Positions 47,460-62,650 of a stretch of 64,000 nucleotides of DNA are shown here, piece after piece. Under the pieces are notes generated by a model. It searched no databases. It was not told where the DNA came from and saw only the letters and a list, made by a program, of their open reading frames with translations. A program made the position numbers and the translations under genes. Each line of letters starts with the position of its first letter. Positions within the stretch are counted from its first letter, which is position 1. The stretch comes from Callorhinchus milii (Eukaryota): contig NW_024704742.1 in NCBI RefSeq assembly GCF_018977255.1, positions 47,556,001-47,620,000 of the forward strand, read 5' to 3'.

Positions 47460-49367
47460 CAACGATCAAAGCTGCTTTTTGAAGATCTCCCCCAATCCCT
47501 CTCCGCTGCCTTGGAGTCCTTTGAACTCCTCCCTCTCTGGGCCACCTACCGCACCAACCCATCCTCTGCGTTTACTCTTTCCACCACACTTTACGCCCTT
47601 ACACCCCTTACCTCCCAAACTGCCTCCTATTCCCGATCCTCACCCTGGTTCACCAGCCATCTCCGCTCGCTCAGTGCGGGCTGCCGAATGCACTTAGCTC
47701 AAATCTGGCCTAACAGTCCACCAGCACATCTGGCTGGACCACATCAAAACCCTCTGCTCATGCCTTGGCCAAATGGTCCTTCTATTCCAGGTTAATCCTG
47801 GAGGCGAAGGGCAACCCCAGGCTCCTGTTCTCCACCACCAACCAGCTCCTCCGCCCCCCCTGTCACGCCTCACAGATTCTTTCCTCCGACTCCCACTGCA
47901 AGGAAATGCTGGACTTCCTCGGGTGTAAAATCGAGGGAATCCGCTCAGCTGCCACTGCCCTTCCAACTTCCACCCCCTCCCTACCCCCCACCCCTACTCC
48001 AACCACTAGGCATCCTTCCTTCCACACCGTTGAACCTGTCACCCCCTCTTCTATCATCACTACCATATTCTCCATGAAGCCCACCACCTGCTCCCTGGAC
48101 CCCGTTCCCACCCCTCTCCTTACATCCCAACTACACCTCCTTGCCCCACTACTCGCCGACATCATCAACCTCCCTGTCATCTGGCACTTTTCCTACCCCC
48201 CTCAAAACAGCCACCTTGAAGAAACCTTCCCTTGACCCAACACAGCTATCCAGCTACCGGTCCATCTCCAACCTCCCTTTCCAAGGTCCTTGAGAGAGCC
48301 GATGTCTCCCAGCTTCTCTCTCTCCTCTCCTCCCACTCCCTTCATGAGCCCCTCTAATCAAGTTTCCGTGCTGCCCACAGCACGGAAACTGCTCTGGTCA
48401 AGGTCACAAATGACATCCTGACCAGGACTCCCTCGTCCTCCTCGACCTCTCCGCCACTTTTGATACTATGGACCTCCTCCACTGCCTCTCTTCCCACCTC
48501 AACCTCTAAGGTGTGTCCTTGACTGGTTCAGGTCCTACCTTTCACACCGCCTCCACTTCGTCTCAGCTAAAGGCTTCTCCTCCAGCCCCCGCCCTGTCAC
48601 TGACCGACTGCCTGTCCAACATCAAGAGCTGGACGAGGGACAACTTTCTCCAGCTGAACGTCAGCAAGACCGAGGCCCTCCTGATTGGCTCGCGCCAGCG
48701 CCTCCGCACCTCGGATGCTGGCAGCATCAGCCTCCACGGCTGCACACTCAACCTCACTAATCCAGTCAGGAACCTGGGTTTCTTGTTTGACCCTGAACTG
48801 TCCTTTCTCCCCCACATCCACGCTATGATCGGCACTGCCTACCACCACCTCCGTAACATTGCCAGTCTCCGCCACTGCCTCACCCCTCAGGCTGCCAAAG
48901 CTCTTACCCACGCATTACCCATTACCTTCGTCACATTAAATCTCGATTATGGAAATTCCCTCCTCATCGACCTTCCCAACTCTTCCCTTCAAAAGCTGCA
49001 GATCATCCAAAACTCTGCAGCTCTTTCCACTCTCACGCACCAGGCTCCGCAACCCCATCACTCACACCGTCGTCCGACTCCACTGGCTCCCCATCCCTCA
49101 GAGGATCGAGTTCAAGATCCTCGTCCTCACTTTCAAGGCCATTCATGGCCTTGCCCCCTCCTACCTCTCTGACCTGCTGACTCCCTACCAACTTGCCCGC
49201 TCCCTCCGTGGGTTCAGTGGGCTCCGGCCTGCTCCATGTCTCCCGCCCGACCCACCCTACCAACGGTAGCTGGGATTTCAGCCTCTCTGCCCCCACATTT
49301 TGGAACTCCATCCCACAGTCCCTTCGCCTCGCATCCTTCAAGGCCGGTTTCAAGACCCTCCTCTTTT
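47460..49367 (+). mobile_element. L2-clade LINE fragment with internal deletions
   Basis: [49 protein letters not shown]. Confidence 0.95.
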
Positions 49368-52149
49368 CAAGCAGAAAATAAAAAGATGAACAGACTCCAT
49401 GAGCTGAAGTGGAAATTTTAGATGCCATTTCTGCAAATGTTTTCAGTTATCAGCAAAGTTAATCTTGTACTGGATATCTTTGATTATAACAATGTTGAAG
49501 TTGCTTCTTCTAACCTGTATAGCTAATTTGTGAGGCCACGTTTGGAACGCTGCATGGTTTGAGGAGCCTATCTTCAAAAGGGCAATGCGGCATTTAGAGA
49601 CGATCAACGATTCTCAGTGACAATCAATGTCAATGATTTTGTGACTTTGTGATCTTAATTTCGAAGGTAGACCCCTGAGAAAAGAAATGAATTGATCTAA
49701 GTATTTCAACTACTGAGAAACATAGATAATGAATATTTAAGGACATAATTAACTTGAACTATGAGTGTAAACCTGAAGGAAATTTAATGCAATGAATACA
49801 AACTCAAATGAGACTAGAAATTAGATTTTGGATGTATACACATGTGCCTTAAGTGATAAGCACTTTAAGATGTTCATTCTGCATAAAACACAATATAGGC
49901 GTGAGTTTTTGGCTGAGCAAGATTACATAATTACCTGCTGTTTGAGTAAATGAAATTTACTACCAGTAGAATTTTTATAGCCACATGCTTGTGATAAAGT
50001 AGAACAATGATTTATTCAGGAAAGACTAATTTTACAGTTCAATGTTCTCAACTCCTGTCTGACTAAGATGAATGTAGGACTGCACTAAAAATGATTGAGG
50101 CCTCTAGAAATGGTAGGCCACTAAAATCTATAATGCAATGTCTAAAACCTAATTAGCTAGTAATACTGCTTTTGATAATGAATTAGATTAATTCATGAAT
50201 TATCCTAAGGCTATTACTATGTGGAGCACTGTTGTAAACTAAGGCACCCACTCCTTGGAAATATATTGGATTCATATATTTGCTGTCTTTTAAGATGACT
50301 AAGACAACTTGTATTGGTTGTTTTGTACTGCTTTCTAATGTACAAACCAATGCTCTTAACTGACGAATGAAGTTCACAACAATAAAGTAATACCTTTCCA
50401 AGAAAGCCTTATTAGATGAACTGAAATTCTAATTAATCTTGTTTAAAATCTTAAAATTAGCTTGTTCCACATCAATTTGATATAAGCAGCTGTAGTTTAC
50501 CAAATTGAGATGCATGGGAATATCACATTGCTTGAGGAAACCACATTTTCTCTGGTATGTTATGCCTGAAGTCTTTGTTTACTTAAATATATTCCATTCT
50601 TTAAAATATTATTTTTTTATTGTAGTCTCCCTAAAGAATCCAGACTATAAATCCCACAATATTTGTTGGCATCACAGCTAATTTTGTGATCTTCAAATAA
50701 TAGGTTCTTCATTTTCAGTTTCACTTTGTAAGCTCAATTGTACACCACATATGATGCATATATAACAGTAATTGATAAGTAACTTCATCGACAGGAAGCC
50801 ATCTCAAAATACTTCACAGGATATACTGGAAAGTTTAATAACTGTATTTTATAAGTGAGGGTGGCAGACAGCGCACAACAGGTTCCCACAAACAGCTATG
50901 AATGAATGACTAAGTTTATTTGGGGGGATTGTTGGCCAGGGCACCAGAAGAAATACTCCTCTCTTTTCAAATAGTTCCATGAGATCTTTAACATCCACAT
51001 GAACAGGCACAAAATCTTGGTTTAACATCTCATCTGAAGAACAGCACTTCCACCAATGCAGCGTATCCTGAGTACTGCACAGCAGTGGCAACCTAGACTG
51101 AGTTCAGAGTCCCAACTTGGGTCTTGAATCTACGACCCTCTGACTCAGACGAGAATACTACCAACCGAGCCAGCCTGATACACAAAGACATAGATCCTTG
51201 CTTTAGTTCAATCTCTCCGCTCAAACATTTGCAATATTTTATTGCAAGAGGAGGAGAGCTTTCTGGTTAAAGGTCTATCAATCAACACTAGAAGCCTCCA
51301 AGGACTTGCTGCAAAGGCAGTTTATGACCAAGTATTGCACGAGGCTAAGGAGAAGGAAATGAAGCAGGTACAGTGTGTTTCATTACTCTGTAAGGAATCA
51401 CAACTACTCAAGAATGCTCCCAAATCTTTTTTTTTCCTGATGCCTAAAGTCTGTTGTTGATGTTACCTGGAGGGGTTCTTCTTGGCTTGTGCCAATTGTT
51501 GGATAAGTCCGGAAAACTACATCACATATGCGGCATCCTTGAGTCTGGAGGAAGCATTCTGCTGAGTTGGCACCTGACCCAACAGGCTGTATGAGAGCTC
51601 CATCTGCATGGACATTGCAAGAGCTGCCAGGAGGTATAGGCAGATTGAAGACTTTAATTATCTATTTCGCTGAGTAGTAGACTCCATGCTGTCACCTTAC
51701 CGCAGTTGGCAAGAGAGCAGGTGTAGATGGTATTAATGCTGAGTTCCTAAAATCTGTTCTGGAGGTGGGGAGACGTGGATAATAGCAAAGTTCTTTCAGA
51801 ACAACGCCAGAAACTGTAAACACAACTAGGAGCTGCCCTTCTAAAGCTGGTGAATAGGATTCAGTATGAGGCGCACAATATGTCAATGTTTTAGAGTGAA
51901 ATGTGCAGCCATTCTCAAATGTGCCCCCTGTGATTTTGCACAACCACAGCAGCCCCTGACAGGGGAGAGAGGGAGAATGTGAGCGCGTGTGTGGAGTGCA
52001 GCATGTGCTATCCTTGTAGTTTGAGCATGTGATGGGCCCAGTGCTGCAGAGGGAGCAGCCAGACTAGAGCTCCCAGAGAGCACCACTGGGCAGGCTGACG
52101 ACCGGTCGGGCATGAGCGTGATCTCTCCTCCCACTCTGTGTCTCCTTCC

Positions 52150-52284
52150 CTCTCTGTCTGTCTTTCCCCACTCTGGCTCGAAAAGGGGGAAGTAACGCAG
52201 ATTAAGAAAACTTGCACTGGGGCCACCAGAGGTCTTGGTGGATGCACACTGAGGCCACCAAACAAATTTATTTGAGAACCACTG
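52150..52284. mobile_element. Possible end of a non-autonomous hAT-type DNA transposon
   Basis: TTGAGAACCACTG is the reverse complement of the hAT-like terminus CAGTGGTTCTCAA; partner end not found. Confidence 0.35.
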
Positions 52285-52730
52285 TTATAGTGAGACTGAG
52301 AATTACGGAGCAATCTCAGTGATTTTTGTATTTTTCAAGTAGTTACCACACTTGTATTAGTTGCATTGGAGAGTCAATTTCATGGTGGGCATGTCTCTCT
52401 GCCATGGCCCCTGACACAAGGAACTGGATCAAGCAGTTAATGTTAAGTAAACCTTTTATTGGATTTGGACCTCTAGAATATCAAGATGGCTGATATGTCA
52501 GTCCGGTGTAGATCCTTCTACCTCACTGAAGGCAGATGTTCATCAAATAGCTGATTAGGAAACTGAGGCTTGTAACGACAGTTGTTGGGAGATGTTAACT
52601 GGAACCTGGGTTTGTGAACACATGCTCACATATCCAGGGCTTGGTATTTACGTTGATTGGTTTGCAGACAAATAAGCAGCTGGTGCTAACCACCACACAA
52701 TGTAGTAGTGGTGTTTCTGAGCTGTGGTGA

Positions 52731-53063
52731 ATAATAATAATAATCCTTGCATTTGATATAGCGCCTTATCACGTCTTCAAAACATCTCAAAGCACTTCAC
52801 AGAATACACTGTAAAGTGAATTGACTATATTTTTGGGCAAAAGGCAGAAGCCAACCAGTTGAAATGACCAGTTTATTATTATTTTTTTTTAGGAATTATT
52901 ACCCCCAGAAAAGCGATCCGCTAATCGACTAATGACCGGTTTCTTACTTATTGCTAGGTAAACAGAAGCGTGTGAAGTAAGGAAACTTGCCCAACATTTC
53001 ACCCTGCCGGGAATCGACCCCAGGTCTCTCGCTTGCGAAGCGAGTGCTCTAACCACTGAGCCT
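52731..53063 (-). mobile_element. tRNA-derived SINE
   Basis: GGCTCAGTGGTTAGAGC head; (TTA)n tail. Confidence 0.92.
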
Positions 53064-56000
53064 ATGATGGTAATGCTGTCACACATTTCATCCTGAGTTG
53101 TGATGCTCACCAAGTAGCTCGCCAGGAGCTCCTGATACCTTCTATCCAGCTGGTGAGCTAGGCTGACACCTATATGATGAAGCATTAGTACAGGGAACAT
53201 TCGAATACACCTTTCAACACAATTTTGTGGAATGAAAACGCATAGCAAACATTCTCAGATGCTCATAGATTTGTGTTATTTCATCAATTATTTGTAATCC
53301 ATGACTCAGGGCTAGAAAACTGTCTTGAACAAAGAATGATTACTTTTGGTGAACTTCATTCTTCATGTTACTACACAACAGCAAGGAACCATTATGGCTC
53401 AGTCAAGGGTCATTCTCCGTAATCTATTGTCTGCTTTGGGGCAAATTTCAAACAGGTGTGTGATGTGAAATACACTGCACCAAAAGCTGTGAATGCAGAA
53501 TCGTTTGGGATGTTTAAAAGGAAGATAGATGGATACGTGAGAAAAAAAGCTAAAGAGGAATCCTGCTGTAATACAATTGTTGGAATCCAGAAAATTTTAA
53601 CCGTATTCATAAATTTAAGAGCTTCAAACGCTATCCCTCGTGAAAAGTGCCATATAAATGCAAGTTGTTGGTGTTGTAAATGATTGTACAAAGAAGCCAC
53701 CACCAGTGACCACCTCCAGGTTTGTAACTGGCAAGGTCACTGTATATGTGAGCGAAAAAACGAAAGGCTGCTCTCCCATCACAACCTAAGCTACTAGCAC
53801 AAGTAGCTAATTGTAATGAATATTTCTTTACACAAGAGGTTGTGGAACGTGGAATGCACTACCCCCAGAAGGTTGTATTTGCAAAATTGACTGAAGTGTT
53901 TGTAAAAATTAGATATTAGATACCTAGAAAGTAAAAGTATTTGGGATATGGCAAAATAGCTGGGGAAATGGGATTAAAGAGCTGCCATCATTCTATAATA
54001 TCATAGAGCAGTCGTCAGTCCAAATGTTTCTAAATGTTTTGAAATGTGATATTGCTCTTAAGGAGGACAATATTTCCCCCTATATCCAATTATCTGCCGA
54101 TCGACTAACAACCGCGTTCCTATTTGCTGCTAGGTAAACAGGAATAATACCTGAAACACATACTGATGATATAAAGTGGTTATATCAATGAAGGGATTAC
54201 TATTATTAATTGTAGATGAATGTTAATTGAGACTGTGCAGTACATCACTTGGTCAAAAGACAGGAAAGGTGCGTGTTTTAATTCAGTTGGCTAATCACAG
54301 CTAGTTTGAGTGTTACAATTAGCCTTCATGATCCAGGTTATGGGAGGGGGTGGAAGAAATCGGTCAGAATTTCTGTTCATCATTCCTATCCCGGGAGCTT
54401 TGCTGAACGGTGGACTTCGGGTAAGGACTGGAAGGATTGGGTTTGCTGTGACGTTCCCTGCAGTCAAATAGCTTGACAAACTTGCTATGAATCCTCCCTA
54501 CAACAATAATATTAATTTGATATAGCAGCTCATCATTGAGATGTGCCAAAGCACTTCACATAATATATTGTAAATTAGATTGACTATTTTGTGGTCGAAA
54601 TAATAGCTACATGAGCGAAACACCTGCGTGACATCAAACTCCAAGGTGGGGGGGTGATGCAGGTTGCACGCTGTTAGAAGGTTGGGTGGCATTTTTAAGA
54701 ATCTGGATAATACATTCTTGAATGTAAAAAAATCTTTTCATTTTATATTTTCTACTTGACCTACTCAGCAAGGATTGCATTTATTTGATTTATTTTATGT
54801 GTGTTATGCATTTGCCTCAATGGAATAAAGCTATGAGTTGAGATACATTTAATACACTAACTGCAGTACGAAACTGCAGAATACCCTAAACTTTCTTCAT
54901 TTGAATGTTCCAGTAAATACACAGCCTTTTATTTTCTTCTTAATCATGTTCTAAAGCATTTTCATATTAAACTGGAATACTCCATCAGAGAACCACTGGA
55001 AATGATGATTGAATATTGGCAATCTGGGCTGTTGAATTATTTAAAACACCTGGAAATTTGTAGTGTTCAATAACCAGGGAATTCCTACAAATTTGTTATT
55101 ACAATATTTATAAGTTCCTCTTTTATGCCATAGCATATTATTCAGTGGAATATTGATTGGATGCAGACAGATCTCTTTTGAAGATTAGCCATTAATTGTC
55201 TTGCAATATTTTGACCTTCATATCAATCATTTAAAAAAAGTTAATTTGTCCTTTCAGTCAATCTTTCTTTCAGCATACTCCATGCTGCCTTCATTTTCCT
55301 TATCGCTCTTTAAGTATTTAAGAGGAAACTCGATCCTTTAATTGAGTAAGGAAGGAATAGAGGGGTAAGGAAGTGGCTATTGGGAGGGGTCAAAGCTCAT
55401 GTGGAGTAATGAACACTGGCATTGACTGGTTGGGATAAATGGCGTATTTCTTTGCTGCAGCATTCTATGTAATTCCTCATCTTGTAAGGCAATACTGTGC
55501 CGGCAGAGGACATGCGATAAATAGATATGTTTGAATTGATTGACCTCCCCCCCAAAAAAATACAAATTTCCTAATCATGGTCTGGCTGAGAACTTTTGAG
55601 GGAAAAAATCCTCCTTTTGATTCCTCCCCTTTATTTCTGTATTGAAAATGCTGCCATAAACTGAGATACACTTCAGTGGAAACTGGCTACCCTCCAATAT
55701 GTCATAGAAATAACTTTTCATATGTAAGCTTAGCTTGTTAGTCTTGTCAGGCTACAACATCTGGCCCAGAAACGGCAGTGCCAAACTGATGCATCTTTCA
55801 TCCAGATGTTATTTGGATAGTAATCAGCAGTGGGAACCCCAGCACGAATTCACCTTCTTAGGCCAGAGCCCCTCCCTGAGTTTAGTTGAGGTACCCCAAC
55901 TTTGTGGCATTTTAACTCCATTAAGCTAAGTTAGAAATACAAGATAATCTTAGAAGAACTGCGTTAGCCTCCTTCCCAAACTAAATCAATCTGATATATG

Positions 56001-56222
56001 TGCATAGATTTGTTCGGGATCGATTTAAATGTTAATAGAATAGTGCAGTACAAATCTGATAGCTATAGGTATTGAAAATGCTGTAACTGTACAGTGGTTG
56101 TACGTGTTCTAAATTTGTATTCCTTTTTACCTTTCACACGATTGTTTAAGTTGTAATTTCAGTCACTCAATTTACTGTATTGGTTTTTCACACTGAATTT
56201 TGGCACATTTACTTTCAAACAT

Positions 56223-56870
56223 TGTGGAGTCCTGCAGTGTATTGGTTAGAGCACTCGCCTTGCAGAGGACCTGGGTTCCCGGGCAGAGGGAAACATTAGT
56301 TTCCTTACTCCACATGTCTCTGTAAGTAGCAACCTGGTTGTTAGTCAATTGGGGGATTACTTTCTGGAGATAATAATCCCTTCAATTAAATTTTAAAATT
56401 TTTTGAAAATAGTTATGCAGCATAATAGGAATCCTACAAGCACATCTGCCTAATATTCGGTGGTAATGGTAGAAAACAATCAAAAACATAGAAAACTTTG
56501 CTCAGCTTTGTTATTACTGTGGCTCAGTGGTTAGAGGACTCGCCTCACAAGCAAGAAGACCTGAGTTCGGTTCCCGGTCAGGACAAAATTTTAGGCAAGT
56601 TTCCTTACTCCACATGCCTAATTACCGAACCGTAAGTAGAAACCCGGTTAGTCGATTGGCAGATCGTTTTTCCCGGGATAATAATGACTTTTAAAAAAAT
56701 TGGTCACTCAATCCATGCCTGTTTGTGGGACACTGCTGTGCGCAATTGCCTGCTGTGTTTTGCCCACAAAGTATTACAGTCAATTCACTTTGCAGTATAT
56801 TATGTGAAATGCATTGAGATGTCTTAAAGACATGATAAGACGCTATATCAAATGTAAGGATTATTATTAC
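56223..56870 (+). mobile_element. Two tandem tRNA-derived SINEs (5' half at 56223-56385; full copy at 56517-56870)
   Basis: Two heads, shared body, one tail. Confidence 0.88.
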
Positions 56871-56879
56871 TCTAATTGA

Positions 56880-58805
56880 ACAAAAATAACCATTACATTT
56901 GTAAAGCGCCTTTCATGTCGGGAGGACATCCCAAGGAGCTGTACAGTCAGAGTTTTGGACCCGAGCTGGGGGTTGGGATCGGGGAGGGTGGAGGGCAGGG
57001 GTGGGGAAAGAGTGTGATTGAAAGCACAGTTGAAGAGGAGGGTCTTGAGATGGGTCTGAAGGAGGCAAGGGAGGAGGCGAGGCGGAGGGACTGCAGGGTG
57101 GCGTTCCAGAGGGTGGGAGTAGCACGGCAAAAGGCCTGCCCGCCAGTAGTGTGGCGAGCGAGAAAGGGGACGTGAAGCAGGCCGGAGTCCGCTGAGCAGA
57201 GGCAACGAGCAGGACAGTAGGGGGTTAGGAGGTCGGAGAGGTAGGGGGCAGTAAGACCGTGGAAGGCTTTGAAGGTGAGGACCAGGATCTTGAACTGTAT
57301 CCTCTGTGTGATGGGAAGCCAGTGGAGTTGGGCGAGGATGGGGGTGATAGGGTCACGGAGGCTGGTGCAGGAGAGGACATGGGCTGCAGAGTTCTGGATG
57401 ATCTGCAGTCTATGGAGGGAGGAGTTGGGGAGGCCGACAAGCAGGGAGTTTGCACAGTCGAGCCTCGATGTAATGAAAACGTATATGAGGGTTTCGGTGG
57501 CCTGTGGTGTGAGACAGTGGCGGAACCGGGCGATGTTGCAGAAGTGAAGGAAGGCAGAGTGGGTCATGGCACAGTTGTGGGGTAGAAAAGATAGTTGATG
57601 GTCAAACAAGACACTAAGGTTCCGGACTGGTGGACTGTGCATCCATGAATGGTGATGTTGTCAGTGCCTGAGATGAGGAGGCGCTGACGGGAGCCAATCA
57701 GGAGAGCCTCGGACGTTCAACTGAAGAAAGTTAGCTCTTATCCAAGACTTGTTGTCTGACAGACATTCTGTCAGGACAGCAGTAGTCCTGGAGTCAAGGG
57801 TGGAGGCAATGAGTACAGTTGGGTGTCATTGCATACATGTAAAAGTTGACTGACCCCATGTCTGCAGTTGATGCCACCAAGAAGGAGCGTATAGATATTG
57901 AAGAAGAGGGGACCAAGGACAGAGCCCTGAGGAATGCCGCACTAGTCGAGGAGAAACTGTTTGTGGAGGTGAAGTGCAGGCGGTGTGAGAGGTACGATCT
58001 GAACCACTCAAGGACAGCGCCGTGAAGGTTGAGGTGAGAGGACAGGTGGTGGATGAGGATAGAATGGTCGATGGTGTCGAAGGCAGCAGAGAGGTCAAGG
58101 AGGACGAGGAGGCAGAGGGATCCCTGGTCACAGATGGACAGAATGTCATTTGTCACTTTGATCAGGGCTGTTTCTGTGCTGTGGGTGGCACAGAAACCCA
58201 ATTGGAGAGATTTTTGAAGGGAGTGACAGGAGAGGAAGGAATGAACCTGGAAGCAACGACTCATTCCAGGACCTTGGAGAAGAAAGGGAGGTTCTAGATG
58301 GGGCGGTAGTTTGAGAGTAGAGATGGGTCGAGGCAGGGTTTTTTTAAGGATAGGAGTGATGACGGACGTTTTTAATAGGGTGGACAGGGAGATGTTTATG
58401 ATGTCTGAGAAGAGGCAATGAGGTGGAGCTCGGAGGTAAGAAGAGGGGTAGGGATGGGGTCGAGGGAGCAGGTAGTTGTTTTCATGCGGGTTATAGTGGT
58501 GGTGAGAGAGAAGTGGAAACAGGTTCGAAGGTGTAGAGGGAGGGATGGGTAGGGGCCTGGGTGGGAGGGGTAGATGGGGAGGGTGTAGTAGACGGAAGGG
58601 CAGAGGCAGCTGAGCGATCCCCTCGACTTTGGATACAAGGAAGTCCAGCATCACCTTGCAGTTAGCATTGGAGGTGAGGATGGGGAGGCATGAGAGGGTG
58701 GGAGGAGGAGCTGGTTGGTGATGGGAAAGAGGAGCCTGGGATTGTCTTTGGCCTCCAAGATTGTCTTGGAGTAGAACGACGATTTAGCCGAGGCGAGGGC
58801 GAGCG
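56880..58805 (-). mobile_element. L2-clade LINE, 5'-truncated
   Basis: HSTETALIKVTNDIL, LLDLSAAFDTIDH, LHWLPITQRIQFKILVLTFKA; 3' stem-loop tail. Confidence 0.95.
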
Positions 58806-60019
58806 GTAAGGTGTGATACCACTCCGCCTCACCTCCGCTTTGATAATTGAAAGTAAGTAGATAATGCTTCATAGTAAATTGAAGCATTGTAAATTCTGTT
58901 GCTAAAATATTTTTGTTGTTGGATTTATTTTTAACTATGTCAGCTGATATGAAGGTCATTTACCATGCCATCTTTCATGCTCCTTTTGTGATGTTGTTAC
59001 AAATACTCATCAGTAAATTATGCAATTCAATGTTTATGATTACAGTGCACTAAGCTTTCAGACTGTTAAATGTATATTAACTGTCACCGTTGAGAGCTCT
59101 GGGACACTATCCCACGTGAAAGGTGCTATATGAATACCATTTGTTTTATCAAATTAATTTAAATGAATTTCATTTATATATTTTTTTCATCTTATTTTAT
59201 AATTTTCTTTTGCATAATTCAAAATTTTAAGAATAAATAATATTGTCTGTAGTTGGTATTCTTTGTTTTGTGAATAAAATTGCTTTTGCACCTAATCTTA
59301 GATGTTCACTTAGGGTTTTATCTGAAAAATTAATATTCACAATGCATCAGTTTTAACCTCAGGTGGCAAAGAAGTAATTTTCGAGATGGTACTACTCGTC
59401 TTGGTTCAAATGTAAGCAGAGCATGTTATTTCAGGAAGCAAAATTGCTTCTATATTAGTATATTGCAAAGTAATCTCTAAAATAGCTTTTGAGAAAATTG
59501 TTTCCTTGTAATCCCAATTTTTAGCAGTCGTCAGAATTATAAAATAATAGGTGTTCATCATTTACACTTTAATTTTATTTTCCTTTTATTTCATGATGCC
59601 TAATTGGTTAGCGATTGAAAATTTAATATCTTACAAACATAAACACTTGTTGGTAAGACCAAAACAAGACAGGATAAATATAATCATAGATAATATAAAT
59701 AATGAATAGTAGATCTTGCACGGAGTTTCAGGGGAACTTCTTCATGGAGAGGATGGTGAAAATGTGAAAATTACTGCCGGAAACTGTGGTTGAAGTAAAA
59801 AATATTAATATGTATTTAAGAGAAAATGATGTGCAAATGGGAGAGGAGGAAATAGGTGAGGTGAGGGGAATGCGAGGAGTAGGGGATGAATATCAACACC
59901 AGCACAGACTAGTTGTATCAAATGGCCTACTTCCATGCAACATTTCTATGGAAACATTTCCTAACCTACTTCTCAAGCTCTACCATCCTCAAGTTCCAGT
60001 CAATCCCAAAATTTCCCAT

Positions 60020-60412
60020 TTCCAACCTTATGCCCAGTATCTCCACATGCCTATCACCCCTGTTCTCACCAGGCTCCCCTGGTTGTTTCTCCCAGTGGAT
60101 GGAAAAGGTCCTCACTCTCCCCTACACTCCCTCCCTCTTTGACCTTTTCTTTTACCCAATCATCGACAACCTTCAGCCAATATGCCGCTGAAATGCCCTC
60201 TGGAACTACCTCCCGAGATTCCTCTGCCTTGCTCCCCTCTCTAATTGTCTTTAAAAGCCTGAAAAGCTACCTGTTTGGCTGTGTCTACGGCAACATCAAC
60301 CTCCTCCCCTCTCCCCCACTCTGCCTGTTTGGCGTCAGACTCCACCACTGTCAAGCCCTCCGGGACGCTAACCCGCATGAGTGCGCTATACAAATGCAAG
60401 TTGTTGTTGTTT
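60020..60412 (+). mobile_element. Decayed L2 3' fragment
   Basis: ITPVLTRLPWL, FKSLKSYLF; (TTG)n tail. Confidence 0.7.
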
Positions 60413-62469
60413 GCTCGGTGTCTGGCGCTATCTTTGTAAAGTGCTCTGAGACATTGCCCTTTGTGAAAGGTGATAAATGAATGTGAATTGTTTTTGTTTT
60501 ATTTCTTCTAAACTAGGATCAAATGACAGATGTGTGAAAATGCATACAGTTAGAATTTTTTAGAATTCAGTATAAGCTACTGATGAAAATATTAATGATT
60601 TTCTTCCAATCGCAAATATATAAACACAAAGTGTACTAATCAGATGACTTACAAACACATTAGGAATATCTTAAGCAGCACAGTCAGTAATCTATTCCTT
60701 TTGATAAAATGCCTGTTGCTCAGAGGATATATTATGTATCACAGTACACGGCACAACACTGATACTTTTAAGAGAATGGAAAAATAAAGCCTAAATCCTG
60801 GAGAAAAATTTCAGGTTTGGATGGGTTGCAGGAGTTATTCGCTCAACCTTAGTGAGCAATTACTTCTTCATGGAAATGGGGTGTGCACAGAGAGGAATCC
60901 GAGATGCTGCATGGTAGATAAACAGACTGGTTAATGCGCACTGAACCAAGTACACAACAGTACTGTGAAGGATCATAAAGCTTAGAGTCAGAACCCTGCA
61001 GATTATTTAGCTCATCAAGTCTGCTTCTTCCACAGATCATTCGTAGCTTATCCTATTTTTGTTCATCTGTGTCTGACACAGGGGGAAACCCATCACCATC
61101 CTTATTGAATAGAAATGTTCATGTGTAAGGTGGGATGCATGGAACTCTGGATTCCTCTTCTTTGCCTCAAACTGTGCAGACTTAACACTGGTATAGGTTA
61201 TAACTAATAACATGCACACACATAAACTGTGTACATTCACATATATTACATATGTTTAGGTTTTTCAGCCTACAAAGCCTGCATTTTGTTAATTCATGGC
61301 TGTTCTTCACCTTTTAATCCTATATCTCTGATGTTTCTTTGTGTCAGTTATTATTCATCCATTCATTTCATTCATTCGCATAAAATAACTTTTTCCTGAG
61401 TGGAATCACAAGTAACCTACACTTGTAGAATTTTTCTAATGCTGTTGTACAGCAGAACACTTCGAATAATGTTTGGCATAATTTCTTGTTGCATTTCTAA
61501 ACTTTAGCCCAAATCTGTGGATACTTCTTCATAGTATTTGTAGTTTTATTTTTTCCTTGATGTACAAAATCTTTTGTTTCAGTTGCTTTCTACTGCTAGA
61601 AGCTTTTAGCTCCTTTTCCGATCTATTGGATTTGCTTTTCATGAAGACAGACAATTGGAAACATGAGATGGCCTAGATTTCAATCAATAGTAATGTCAAA
61701 TGATCCTGAAAACACAGCAAGCCAAAGTAATGTTTCAGACTTACCTTGTCTTATTTCAAGAACGGTTTGGAGTTTCCCAGTTCATCTTCTGTGAAAGTCT
61801 TCAGATCTCCAGGAACATAGTAAATAGGTTGACAAGTAGCCAGAAATCGCAAGACTTAGATGATGGGTGCAAACTCAAAAGGATTAATGAGTTATTTAAG
61901 TGATACTGTTGACTGAATTCATCTTGACACAGCACCATTTCCTTGTATTCTGTTTAGCTACTACTGCATATAAAAAAAATCACAGATCTGATTCCATTGA
62001 TAAATTTTGTTAGTATTTTAAATTCTAAAATACAGTATTAAACATAGAATTTAAGTCAGTAAAGTATAGTGGGATGGGAGAGGGAGAGAAACTCCTACTG
62101 CATTTACAATCCTTTATTTTCCCAGCAGCAAAATTATTCTAGTATCAGCAGTAACACACAAAATCCATATTTTATCAGCTCAGGTTTTCACAAGACTGAA
62201 AGAAAACTGTGTTTGCTAAATTGAAGCAAAATAACAAGTATAAGACACAGTCAAAGTAATTGATGAATCTAATTTTCTTCTGCTTGTTGTAAACTGTCCA
62301 AATGTAGTCTTGCAATTTGTGGTTCTCTAAAATCAATTGAATTACATTCATTCAAACTCGCTCTGAAAGTATAATCCTCTCCAACAATCTTCCAGATAAA
62401 TACATTGGCCATTCACTTTATAGATGTTTGTTGGGCATTGATGTGCACAAATTGGCTGCCACATTTATA

Positions 62470-62650
62470 ATATAATAATAATAATCTTTGCATTTGATAT
62501 AGCGCTTTTCACGTCTTCTAGACGTCCCAAAGCGCTTCACAGAATATACTGTAAAGTGAATTGACTGTATATTTGTGGGCGAACGCGGCAGCCAATTGCG
62601 CACAGCAGTGTCCCACAAATAGTCATGGATTGAAAATGACCAATTTATTA
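62470..62650 (-). mobile_element. 5'-truncated SINE of the short young subfamily
   Basis: Near-identical to 16757-16935. Confidence 0.9.

Noticed and set aside
51242..51720. Possible transposase or tyrosine-recombinase remnant
   Set aside because: Only a short chance-level motif; no sustained similarity recognised.
61745..61860. Antisense exon ending at AAG|gtaagt
   Set aside because: Frames examined contain stops, acceptor is weak, no partner exons.
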